Assembly (NCBI GenBank): GCA_963801675.1
Contig: CAWDFN010000001.1
Span: 4,311,069 to 4,375,068 of the forward strand
DNA length: 64,000 nt
Origin: an uncultured Planctomycetia bacterium
Lineage (GTDB): Bacteria; Planctomycetota; Planctomycetia; Pirellulales; PALSA-1355
Direction: 5' to 3'
Shown here: positions 18,100 to 27,459 of the stretch, in pieces
Numbering within the stretch: position 1 is the stretch's first letter
Layout of the letters: every line of letters begins with the position of its first letter
Position numbers and translations under genes: made by a program
Notes under the pieces: generated by a model
Databases searched by the model: none
What the model saw: the letters and a program-made list of their open reading frames with translations, nothing else
Told to the model about the DNA's origin: nothing

Positions 18100-19098
18100 T
18101 TAGCGCGACCGACGGCGCCTCAGGGCCGTTACGATCAAGCCCACGCTTCCCATGGTCAGCAGCATGACGGTGCTGGGTTCGGGAACGATCGTGTACAACG
18201 CAAAAGCAAGATCCTTCGAGTAGTCGATCCCGTCGTATGCCGGGATATAGTTGGTTGGAGTCCAGGCTTGTTGGTCCACCGTGATATTGAACGGGCTTAG
18301 AGCATTGATGAAGATGGGGCCCGTAACCGCGTCGTCCTGGAAGTGCCAGCCCGGATTCGGAAACGGCAAGCCCGTCGGGAAGGGGTACTCACCCGGCACA
18401 GGCACCGGCGAAGCCAGTGGATCGCGGATGCCATAGTCGCGATCGTGCCATCCCCACATCCATGGCTCGCTCGGATTGTCTTTCAGGGCCACGATCTTGA
18501 TCCACTCCACTTGTCCGGCCGCTTCGGGCGCCGGAAGCGCCAGCTCGGCGTTATACTGCCATAGAGTTCCGTCGGGACTCGGCGGACCAAGCGGTCCCGG
18601 CACGACCGGGGTCTCGGTGAACGTGCCCGACTGTGGGGCCAAAGGCCCCAGCGTGACAATCTGGCTCGAAATCACGCTGCCCGGATGGCTGTAACCAAGC
18701 GGATTGCCGGGCCCAACCGGCACGTCGGATTCGAACGTAATCAAGAATTTCTGGGCCCCCCCATCGCGGAGATTGTTCTGGTAGGATCCCCACCACATTA
18801 CGTGCGCGATCGGGGTGGAGTAGTTGTCGGAGAAATCATCGGCCATGTAGTAGCCCTGGTATTGTCCGGGGGCGATCTGGGTGGCCGTGCTCCATTCGTC
18901 ATGGCCCGGAAATGGCGCGGCGAAGTCCCCCGGATTTGGGAACGCGCCTGGCGGATAAACCGCCAAGCCGTTATTCAAGGGCGTTTGATAGAACTTGAGA
19001 ACTTCGTTGGGCAGAGGGTCCGCAAAGGCCGGACCGCAGGCAATCGCGATGATAGCGGCAGCGACCGCGACAGCGCAAAAGCGAGATGCATTCATCAT
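18100..19098 (-). CDS. Secreted PEP-CTERM sorting-domain protein
   Basis: Intact ORF. Signal peptide MMNASRFCAVAVAAAIIAIACGPAFA. The C-terminus VPEPSTVMLLTMGSVGLIVTALRRRRSR combines a PEP motif, a TM helix and an Arg cluster. An AAGGAGA Shine-Dalgarno sits just upstream of the ATG. Confidence 0.8.
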   Translation of the reverse strand: MMNASRFCAVAVAAAIIAIACGPAFADPLPNEVLKFYQTPLNNGLAVYPPGAFPNPGDFAAPFPGHDEWSTATQIAPGQYQGYYMADDFSDNYSTPIAHVMWWGSYQNNLRDGGAQKFLITFESDVPVGPGNPLGYSHPGSVISSQIVTLGPLAPQSGTFTETPVVPGPLGPPSPDGTLWQYNAELALPAPEAAGQVEWIKIVALKDNPSEPWMWGWHDRDYGIRDPLASPVPVPGEYPFPTGLPFPNPGWHFQDDAVTGPIFINALSPFNITVDQQAWTPTNYIPAYDGIDYSKDLAFALYTIVPEPSTVMLLTMGSVGLIVTALRRRRSR

Positions 19099-19115
19099 TG
19101 TTTCTCCTTAGGGAA

Positions 19116-19131
19116 TGCGGATACGTGCCAA
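19116..19131 (-). promoter_or_regulatory. Sigma-54-like -24/-12 element (TTGGCACG-tat-CCGCA), spacer one nt shorter than consensus
   Basis: The reverse strand reads TTGGCACGTATCCGCA about 20 nt upstream of the SD of the PEP-CTERM gene. The consensus is TGGCACG-N4-TTGCW. The match needs a 1-nt longer spacer, so it is tentative. Confidence 0.25.
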
Positions 19132-19198
19132 CTTGCATTTCTTGCGGTTGAACCGATCGTTTTGCGCGGATCAACCTCCGACGCACGCGCCAAAGCGG

Positions 19199-19258
19199 TC
19201 AGTCGCAAGCAAGTAAATTACCGCCGTTCCCAAGGGAACGCGCCGTGGTCGAAACCAT
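19199..19258 (-). other. 19-codon upstream ORF with a strong Shine-Dalgarno in the PEP-CTERM leader
   Basis: The reverse strand reads AAAAAGGAGGAagctcATG GTT TCG ACC ACG GCG CGT TCC CTT GGG AAC GGC GGT AAT TTA CTT GCT TGC GAC TGA (MVSTTARSLGNGGNLLACD). The only support is the SD plus the ORF. Confidence 0.2.
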
Positions 19259-19351
19259 GAGCTTCCTCCTTTTTGGCTGCCGAACACAGAATGAAGGACT
19301 CCACCATCCACGTAAGCAACGCCGAGTCGTTTACGGAAAGCTGACTTGCAG

Positions 19352-19379
19352 GCAGCGCCGTCAAATGCAGCGCCGTCAA
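19352..19379. repeat. Tandem 13-nt perfect direct repeat (GCAGCGCCGTCAA x2, 15-nt period) in the leader region
   Basis: GCAGCGCCGTCAA occurs at 19352-19364 and 19367-19379. On the minus strand this is TTGACGGCGCTGC twice. A related TTGACGCCGCT forms the -35-like box at 19541-19546. Confidence 0.6.
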
Positions 19380-19518
19380 TGGCGGCACGTGAGACCGCAG
19401 CGTGTCGCCCAGAGCGGCGATTGGCCTGCCGGCAAGTTATGGCCACCATGGTCGAGCGTTCCTCCGGAACACCGCGGCTAGCCAGAAACGTCCCCCACGA
19501 AATGAGGTCCGGACTGAG

Positions 19519-19546
19519 AATTTACCAAGTTTTATAGCGGCGTCAA
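19519..19546 (-). promoter_or_regulatory. Sigma-70-like promoter candidate (TTGACG-16 nt-TAAATT) in an AT-rich patch
   Basis: The reverse strand reads TTGACGccgctataaaacttggTAAATT. It would give a ~400-nt leader for the PEP-CTERM gene. This rests on sequence resemblance only. Confidence 0.3.
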
Positions 19547-19870
19547 ACTATTTTTTAGGAATAAACTCGACAGCCACCGCCGGCAGCCCCAGGCAGACGC
19601 CGGCCTGATTATGCTTAAATATTTTGGCAACAGATATTTACGATTTTTATCCCGGCAGTGCGAGCTCGCCAACCGGCCGCGTACACGGTTATCCACGGGC
19701 GCGTGGCCAGGTTAGTGGCCATTAATTCCCTTGTCGGGCTTACGGGGGGCCGGCAGCTGGCGGTAGGGGGGCTTCCGTTTGGTATCTCGACCGGAAGATG
19801 CAGAGATGCGCTGCCCGGGGGGGGAGAGCGTGAATTGCGTTGCTTTCTGCCGCGGCACGCCGTATTCCTG

Positions 19871-21526
19871 CTACTCGATTAGCCGGTGATACCGGCCCAT
19901 CCAGTAGGGCAGCAGGATGGCGGCGCCGTCGTCGCGCCCGTGACCGTCGTTGCCGCCGTCGACCGAGTACGGGTCGCCGTTCCACTTCATGACCGGGCGC
20001 TCCGAAACGGGCAGCACGATCTGCGCCCGTAGCCGGCGAAAACGGTTGGTCACCAGGGGCCCGATATCCTGGCGGTCGCTATTGTCGACGGTCCACTGAA
20101 TCGTGTCCTGCGGCACGTCGCGGAACCAGGCGACGCATTCGTCGTGATCGTACTCGGCCGGATCGACGATGGCACCGTCGGGTCGCTTCGACGGATCGGT
20201 CCACGTGCTGGCTTGCAGGCTGGCTCCGTAGATGAGATTGAAAAACGGGCTGCGCTCCAGCCGCTCGCTGCGCCAGGAACGTTTGATGCTGGCAAGGTAG
20301 ATCGTGCGCAACTGCGGATCGCGCTCGAGGATCAACAGCGGGTAGTACGCCAGGAAGGCCAGCTCGTCGTCGCTGTGATTGACGAATTCCGGCGGCCAGG
20401 CGTGCTTTTGATGGACGGTGTTGATTTCGTAGCTGTGCTTCTCGATCAAGTCCTTGATCGTTTCGGTGTAGCGCGGCTTGCCGACGACGTGCTCGGCCAC
20501 CTTCAGGTGCGAGAGGATTTCGAGCGAGTTGAGCCCACGGTCTCCGGAGCGCCTGAGATCGTGATTGAGCTTCTCCGGCGCCCACACGCCCCAGGTGGTG
20601 GGCTTACCCGGCGGTCCGACGTAGTACAGCCCGTGATCGAGAATGTGATCGGTGATGCGAGCCACCACCCCTCGGATTTCCTTCTTCTCCTGCTCATCGG
20701 CCGCGACGTCGTAATAGATGCAATAGGCAAAATAATGGCCGTCGACTTCGTCGCTCGACGTATCACCCTTCCACCACCACTTGCCGTCGGCAGAGCGGTG
20801 CCACTCGCCGTGATGGGTTTGCGCGACGTCGTCAATTGGCACGACGCTGCGGGCGGCGAAGCCGCTGATGCCGGTGATGCGTTCCAGAAACATCAGCGCT
20901 TCGAGCGAGCGGCGGGCGTTCTGTTTCGCGGCCGGATCGCCGGTCGCGCCAAAACGAAAGGCTTCGGCGGCGACGTACATCGCGGTCCACAGTCCGTCGT
21001 TGTCGTTCGAGTGCTGCGTGTGTCCGGCGTCGATCTTTCCCGGCTCCTTCAGATGAATTTGGCCGACGAGCCCGCGTTGTACGTGATATTTTTGCAGCGT
21101 GTCGCCGACGGCGGCCATTTTTCGCTCGAGCGTCATTGGGCGGCGGGCGATCCGGCCGATGCCGTCGGGTGTCTTGGCGAGTACGTCACCCTGGGCCGTG
21201 ACGGCCAGATCCTGCACGTCGTCGGCCGGCAGCCAGCGTCGCGAGTGGAACAGCCGCCAACGGTCGGCGCCGGGCACGAGATGCATCAAACCTCGATGCG
21301 AGCCGACCCACACGCCGCCGTCGTTGACGCGCACGCCCGCGGTCAGTTCGGCGAAGGGCAACGTCGGCCTGGCCGTGGCCAGCGAGGTCAACTCGGCCGG
21401 CGAAAGGTGTTGGCCCACGGATGTCGGCAGCGCGGTGACGCCCGCCGACTCGGCAACCCAGGCGAGGTACTCGTCATCGGACGCGGTGATTAGCGCGAGA
21501 CAGCAGAGCAGGGTGTGCATGGGCAA
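19871..21526 (-). CDS. Hypothetical secreted protein (551 aa), possibly propeller-like N-terminal part plus alpha/alpha-barrel glycosidase-like C-terminal part
   Basis: Intact ORF. Signal-like N-terminus MPMHTLLCCLALITA. Blocks include NDNDGLWTAMYVAAEAFRFGATGDPAAKQNARRSLEALMFLERITG and GHYFAYCIYYDV. The fold guess is weak and I could not name a family. Confidence 0.55.
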   Translation of the reverse strand: MPMHTLLCCLALITASDDEYLAWVAESAGVTALPTSVGQHLSPAELTSLATARPTLPFAELTAGVRVNDGGVWVGSHRGLMHLVPGADRWRLFHSRRWLPADDVQDLAVTAQGDVLAKTPDGIGRIARRPMTLERKMAAVGDTLQKYHVQRGLVGQIHLKEPGKIDAGHTQHSNDNDGLWTAMYVAAEAFRFGATGDPAAKQNARRSLEALMFLERITGISGFAARSVVPIDDVAQTHHGEWHRSADGKWWWKGDTSSDEVDGHYFAYCIYYDVAADEQEKKEIRGVVARITDHILDHGLYYVGPPGKPTTWGVWAPEKLNHDLRRSGDRGLNSLEILSHLKVAEHVVGKPRYTETIKDLIEKHSYEINTVHQKHAWPPEFVNHSDDELAFLAYYPLLILERDPQLRTIYLASIKRSWRSERLERSPFFNLIYGASLQASTWTDPSKRPDGAIVDPAEYDHDECVAWFRDVPQDTIQWTVDNSDRQDIGPLVTNRFRRLRAQIVLPVSERPVMKWNGDPYSVDGGNDGHGRDDGAAILLPYWMGRYHRLIE

Positions 21527-21655
21527 GTTTTCTGAAGGAAGATCGCGGCGGGAGTCGAGAGCGGCAGCGTTCGAACGATGCAGTGTCTGAGGGATACAGT
21601 AATCGGCCGCCCGGCCGCTCGCAACCGCGCGGCAAGAATCGAGCTGCGTCTCCGT

Positions 21656-22867
21656 TCACTTGGTTTCGAACAGCGCGATGCTGGCAGTGAAGCCGTGGAG
21701 GAAGCTTTTGCCGCCGACGGGGCCGATTTCGCCCTGGGCGAAGAAGCCGGCCAGCGGGAGGTTTGGCCAATGGCGGTCCACGGCGGTCGCGTCGTGATGC
21801 GGCTGGTCGAACAACCGGGTGCCACGCCCGTTGCAGGAAAACATCAACCCGCCCAGGCAGCGTTTGGCCGATTCCGCGCTGGCAGCGGCCAGCAGGGCGT
21901 TTAGGTCTTCGTCGGCCGTGTCGGCGTCACGCACGTGAAATTGGATGGTCTGACCGACTCGCACGTAGTCGCCAATCGCGATGGCGCCGGTCTTGGGATC
22001 GACGGCTTGTACGTTGCGGATCAGAAAATCGCCGCGACCGAATTGTTCCTGGTACTCGTTGATGACCTGGCCCACGTGCAATCCTTGCCTGGCGAGTTGT
22101 TGTTCGTCGTCGGAGAGGCCTTGGAACATTTCCTGGAGCTGCTCGAAAGCCGGCCGTCCGCCGAGTTGAAAGATTACGTTGCCTTCCGCCTTGGTGACGA
22201 CGAACGCTCGACCGATGGGGCGGCAGCCCTGGCTGACGATCGAGCGCACCTTGACCGCTCCGTGCACCAGCACCGCCACGGCACCGCTGTCGAGTTCGCG
22301 CGGTCCGAAGATCAAGCGGTTCTGGCCCGCGATCCAGCCGCCGCTGACCATACCGCCGATCACGCGGACGCCGCTGCCGGATTGATTCAACCGCGCCAGC
22401 AGCATATCGGCCGGAAAGCTGAACGGCTCGGCCAGCACGAGCAGGCTGGCGTCGGCGGGCCATTCGTCCGGCAGCTCGTCGGGCCAACCGATGAAGGCGC
22501 CTCCGTCGGCGGTTTGCTGATAATCGAGATGCATCGGCCGCAGGCTAACTCCCGGAAGGTGGGCCGCCCACAGGGCCAGCGCGCCGCCGTGTTCGCTTTG
22601 GCCGGGTTCAATCTCGCGATTGCCGCACACAATCGACTCGCCGGTGCATCCCAGCAAGCAGTCGGGGGCAAGTTCGGCGTGCAGAGTCTCGGCCAGCGCG
22701 GCGAGGTTGGGTTGATGGTGAATCGAGGCGAAAGCGATCACGAGATTGGCCGCCGCGCCGAGTTCGGCCTTCGCCCGCTGGCACACCTCGCGCGCGGCCT
22801 CGCGAGTGTCGGCGAGCGTCGAGAGAGCCGCCGCGCAGCGCGGCAGGGCGGTGTTGAGCACGGTCAT
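21656..22867 (-). CDS. Stand-alone FIST_N + FIST_C domain sensor protein
   Basis: [32 protein letters not shown]...[17 protein letters not shown]...; C-terminal hallmark [60 protein letters not shown]. The ATG at 22865-22867 lies 8 nt after the DUF1501 stop. Confidence 0.85.
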   Translation of the reverse strand: MTVLNTALPRCAAALSTLADTREAAREVCQRAKAELGAAANLVIAFASIHHQPNLAALAETLHAELAPDCLLGCTGESIVCGNREIEPGQSEHGGALALWAAHLPGVSLRPMHLDYQQTADGGAFIGWPDELPDEWPADASLLVLAEPFSFPADMLLARLNQSGSGVRVIGGMVSGGWIAGQNRLIFGPRELDSGAVAVLVHGAVKVRSIVSQGCRPIGRAFVVTKAEGNVIFQLGGRPAFEQLQEMFQGLSDDEQQLARQGLHVGQVINEYQEQFGRGDFLIRNVQAVDPKTGAIAIGDYVRVGQTIQFHVRDADTADEDLNALLAAASAESAKRCLGGLMFSCNGRGTRLFDQPHHDATAVDRHWPNLPLAGFFAQGEIGPVGGKSFLHGFTASIALFETK

Positions 22868-22875
22868 GGGAATCC

Positions 22876-24349
22876 TCAGGCCAGAATCTCGCGGATCACT
22901 TGCCCGTGCACGTCGGTCAGGCGGCGGTCGATGCCGTTGTGGCGGAAGGTGAGCTTCTCGTGGTCGATGCCCAGCAGGTGCAGCACGGTGGCGTGCAGGT
23001 CGTAGCAGTAGGTCGGTTTCTCGACGGCTTTGTACGACCACTCGTCGCTCTGCGCCGTAGGTGACGCCGCCCTTGATGCCGCCGCCGGCCAGCCAGGAGG
23101 TGAACGTGAACGGATTGTGGTCGCGGCCCTTGCTCCCCTGGCTGCACGGCATGCGGCCGAACTCGGTGGTCCAGATGACGATCGTGTCGTCGAGCAGGCC
23201 GCGGGCCTTGAGGTCCTTGATCAGCGCGGCGGCGGGCTGGTCCATGCTGGCGGCCCATCGTCGCCGTGGTCGCGGTCGAGGTCTTCGTGGCTAGTCCCAG
23301 TTGCGGCGCGGGAAGCCGTTGTCGGCGCCGCTCCAGACCTGCACGAACCGCACGCCGCGCTCGAGCAGCCGCCGGGCGATCAGGCAGTTGCGGCCGAAGT
23401 CCTCGGTGACTTTCTGGTCCAGTCCGTACAAACGCCGCGTGGCCTCGGTTTCGCCCGACGATGTCGAGCACTTCCGGCGCGCTGAGTTGCAGCCGGGCGG
23501 CCAGTTCGTAGCGAGGCGATCCGGGCGTCGAGCCGCGAGTCGCCGGCGCGGCTCGCCAGGTGCTCGGCATTCAGCTGCTTGAGCAGCTGCAAGCCCTCGG
23601 CGTCGCTTTGGCGGGTGACGAAGCGGGCGTCGGCGGGCGGAAACAGATCGGCGATCGGATTCTTCGCCGCCGGCTTGATCATCGTGCCCTGGTGGGCCGC
23701 CGGCAAGAAATCCGGCGCTCCAGTTGCCCGGCCCGTTGGGCGGAAAGCCGCGCGCGTCGGGCAGCACGACGAACGTCGGCAGGTTGTCGGTCAGGCTTCC
23801 CAGGCCGTACGAGATCCAGGCACCCATGCTCGGAAAGCCGGGCAGCACGAAGCCGGTGTTCTGCATGAACGTCGCCGGGCCGTGGACGTTCGACTTCGAG
23901 ACCATCGAGTGGATGAAGGCCATGTCGTCGACGCAGCCGGCCAGGTGCGGCACCAGGTCGCTCATCCACTTGCCGCACTGGCCGTATTGCTTCCAGGCCC
24001 AGGGGCTCGCCATGCAGTCGCCGGGCTTGCTCTGAAACAGCTCGACCTTTTCGCCCGGGTCGAACGGCTGGCCGTGCGGCTGGATCAGCTCGGGCTTGTA
24101 GTCGAACATGTCGCACTGGCTGGCCGCGCCCGACATGAAGAACTGCACGACGCGCTTGGCCTTGGCCGGATGGTGCAGCCCGCCGGCGGGCTGCGAGGCG
24201 TCTTTGGCGGCATGGTCCTGCGCCAGCAGTCCGTTCTCGGCCAGCAGCTGTGCCAGCGCGATGCCGCCCAGTCCGCCGCCCAGGTTCCAGAGGAACTCGC
24301 GCCGGCTGTTCGCAGGAGAACTGCGTTGCGTGTTGGGATGGTCGTTCAT
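22876..24349 (-). CDS. DUF1501 (sulfatase/alkaline-phosphatase-like) protein, paralog 1; about 6 frameshifts as sequenced
   Basis: [36 protein letters not shown] (Tat-like); [19 protein letters not shown]; [40 protein letters not shown]; [17 protein letters not shown]...[30 protein letters not shown]; C-terminus [44 protein letters not shown]. The pieces come from ORFs 23291..24367, 23380..23706, 22917..23570 and 21656..23245. Confidence 0.85.
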
Positions 24350-24356
24350 TGCGAAG

Positions 24357-27345
24357 TCAATCGACAAACACGAATTCGTTGCTGTTGAAGATCATGCGGC
24401 AGGCGTTGGCCAGGCCGAACTTGCCGGCATACTCGGCCAGCGCCGCGCGCTTCACGCTCGCTCGGCTCGCGGCCGAAGGCCAGCCGGTAGGCCGCCTCGA
24501 TCTGGCCTGGCAGGTCGCCGCGCATGTTTTTCAGCCGCTCGGCGAAATGCTCGGCCTGCCGCGTGGCCAGCGGGTTGTTCAACAGCGCCAGCGCCTGGAT
24601 CGAGGTCAACGTCGTATTGCGCTTGGGCGTCATGATCGACGGGTCGGCACAGTCGAGGCATTCCATGAACGGATCGGGCACGCTGCGAACCAAAAAGCGG
24701 TACACGCTCCGGCGGAAGCTGCGGGCGTCGTCGACGTCGAACCGCGTGTAGTCGTAAATCGGCGAATGATCGTCTTTGAAGAAGAACTGCTGCACCGATG
24801 GGCCGCCCATCGTCAGGTCGAGTTTGCCGGAGACCGCCAGCATCGCGTCGCGAATGCACTCGGCGTCGAGCCGCTGGCGGTTCATCCGCCACAGGTAGCG
24901 GTTGCCGGCGTCGAGCCGGGCGTGGTCGGCGTTGGCCTCCGACGATTGCCGATAGACGGCGCTGGTCACCAGCAGGCGGTGCAGCTTCTTGAGCGAGTGG
25001 CCGTTGTCGATCAGCCAGCCGGCCAGCCATTCGAGCAATTCTGGATGCGTCGGCAGCGAGCCCATGCGGCCGAAATCATTGGGCGTGTCGACGATTCCCT
25101 GGCCGAAATGATATTGCCAGACCCGATTGACGATCGAGCGCCGCACCAGGGCGTTGCGCGAATCGGCCAGCCAGCGGGCGAGCGCCGCGCGGCGCTGTGC
25201 CTCGTCGGCGGGATCGGCCAGCGCAAATGCCGCTTGCGGTCCGCGCACGCACGGCACGCCGCCTGGCGCGATCTGCTGCTGCGGGCTGCGGACGTCGCCG
25301 CGGGCCAGCAAGTGAATCGGCCGCGGAGCGCGCGGCTCGGCAAACGCGGCCGCGGCATAGACCATGGGCGGCTTGGGCAGCGCCGCGATTCGTGCGTCGA
25401 CGTCCTTCGAGCCGGCCTCGAGCAGGGCCAGCTCTTTGCGAGTGGCTTCGTCTGTGCGATCGTCGACGAGCTTTAGCCGCGCTTTGTTGCCCGCGTCGAG
25501 TTCCTGTTCGAGCGCGAGCCGGCGCGACGGTTGCGCTGAATCGCCGGAGTTGATCCGGGCAAGACTGCTGAATCCGTCGACGAGATTCTTCATCGCCCAA
25601 CTGGGCGGAGCCTCGATCGAATCGAGCGACGTGACGCTTTTGTCGGCCGCCAGGTTCTGCGAACCAGAAATCACCATAAGCTCCGACAGGGCGAAGATCC
25701 AATCGTTCGTACGTTTCCAAAGCTTCGTGGCGGTGACGCGGACGTAGCGGCCGGCGGCGCCGGACGTGGCAATGCGATAGGGTTTGTCGCCGGGATGCGG
25801 GAAATCGGCGGTCGTGTGGTCGACGAACGTGCGGGCTTCCGCAAAATCGGACGCGTCGGATACCTCGACCTTGAACCGCGTCGGAAATCCGAAACCCGGA
25901 CCGGGGTGGCCGCCATAGACGACGTGTGCCGGCACCAGCACGATCTGGTCGATCGTCGCGCGTGCACCCAAGTCGACCTGCACCCATTTTGTTTCGTTCT
26001 GAGCGGGCATGATCTGGCTGTGATAGCCGAGCGTCTTGCTGGGCATGTCGGCGGGCAGGGCGGCCAGTTCGGCCTTCCACGCGGCAAGCCGCTGGTCGAT
26101 CGCGGCGATTTCGGGACTCGTGATTTGCGCGAGCCGCTCGCGGATTGCCGATCGCTGTTTTTCCAATCGCGACTTTTCAACGGCCAGCTCGGCGCGCAGT
26201 TTGGCGATGCGCCGGTCGGCGTCGTACGGGCGGTCGGCCCGATCGACGCCGGCGAACACGGCTTGCAGGGCGTAGTAATCTTCCTGGCGGATCGGGTCGA
26301 ACTTGTGATTGTGGCAGCGAGCGCAGTGGACCGTCAGGCTGGCGAAGGTGGACATGGTGTTGGCCACCATGTCGTCGCGATCGTTCGAGCGGGCGATGTC
26401 CTTGTCGACCGTCCCCTCGCGCAGTTCGACGTGTCCGACGAAGTCCCACGGCCCGGCGGCGATGAAGCCGGTGGCCACGGTGGCCTGCGGGTCGTCGGGA
26501 GACAACACGTCGCCGGCGATTTGCTCGGCGACGAAGCGGTCGTACGGCTTGTCTTGGTTGAGGCTGTCGATCACGTAATCGCGATAGGGCCAGGCGTTGG
26601 GGCGCGGCTTGTCCTTGTCGTAGCCGTGCGACTCGCCGAAATGGACGACGTCGAGCCAGTAGCGGCCCCAACGCTCGCCGTAGCGCGGCGAAGCGAGCAA
26701 CCGATCGACCAAGATTCCGTAGGCGTCGTCGCGGTTGTCGTGCAAAAACGCATCGATCTCCTCGGGCGTCGGCGGCAGGCCGTGTAGGTCGTAAGTCAAG
26801 CGGCGGATCAGCGTGCGGCGGTCGGCCTCGGGCGATGGGGCGAGATGCTGTTCGCGCAATTTGGCGAGAATGAACGTGTCGACCGGCGTGCGAATCCAGG
26901 GGTCGTCTTGCGGCGGAACGCTCACTTTGGCCAGCGGCACCAGCGACCACCAATTTGTGTCGATCGGCTTCTTGTCGGTCAGCACGAGTCCCTCGGGCCA
27001 CTTCGCGCCGGCGGCGATCCAACCGCGGACGGCGGCCACTTGCTCGGGTGAAAGGGGCGGCGCGTCCTTGGGCATTTCGGGCTTGTCGCCCGAGATGTAT
27101 TCGACGAGCAGGCTTTCGTCGGGTTTGCCGGGCGTGATTGCCGGCCCGCTTTCGCCGCCGGCGGAAAACGCCTTGCCATCGGTCAGGGCCAGTCCGCCCT
27201 TGGGCTTGGCACCCTGGTGGCAGGCCACGCAATGCCGCTCGAAAATCGGCGCGACCTGCTGCCGAAAAATCGTCCCGTCGTCGGCGCGTAGCGGCGTGAC
27301 GGTGAAAATCGAGACGGCAAGAAAAAGGGACACGGTGCGCGGCAT
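24357..27345 (-). CDS. PSCyt1-DUF1549-(F5/8 type C-like)-DUF1553 protein; 1 frameshift near the 3' end
   Basis: MPRTVSLFLAVSIFTVTPLRADDG; FERHCVACHQGAKPKGGLALT (CxxCH); WWSLVPL...DTFILAKLREQHLAPSPEADRRTLIRRLTYDLHGLPPTPEEIDAF; HCARCHNHKFDPIRQEDYYALQAVFAG; discoidin-like KWVQVDLGARATIDQIVL. The C-terminus reads ALAEYAGKFGLANACRMIFNSNEFVFVD after a one-base repair near 24441-24445. Confidence 0.85.
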
Positions 27346-27459
27346 CGTCTCAGTATACCAACGCGACGGGCGGCACCGGAACATGGTGCGCGGATTCTTG
27401 ACTTTCGCGCTGCGCTGAGAGTTTGACGGGCTCGGCCACATGGCACGCAAGGGATTCTG

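Noticed and set aside
19817-19824. G8 run (19817-19824) and C8 run (7388-7395) as phase-variation tracts.
   Set aside because: Both are intergenic: one is in a 3' flank, the other inside the repeat core. Neither lies in or just upstream of an ORF start where length changes would switch expression. Run lengths are unreliable in this assembly.
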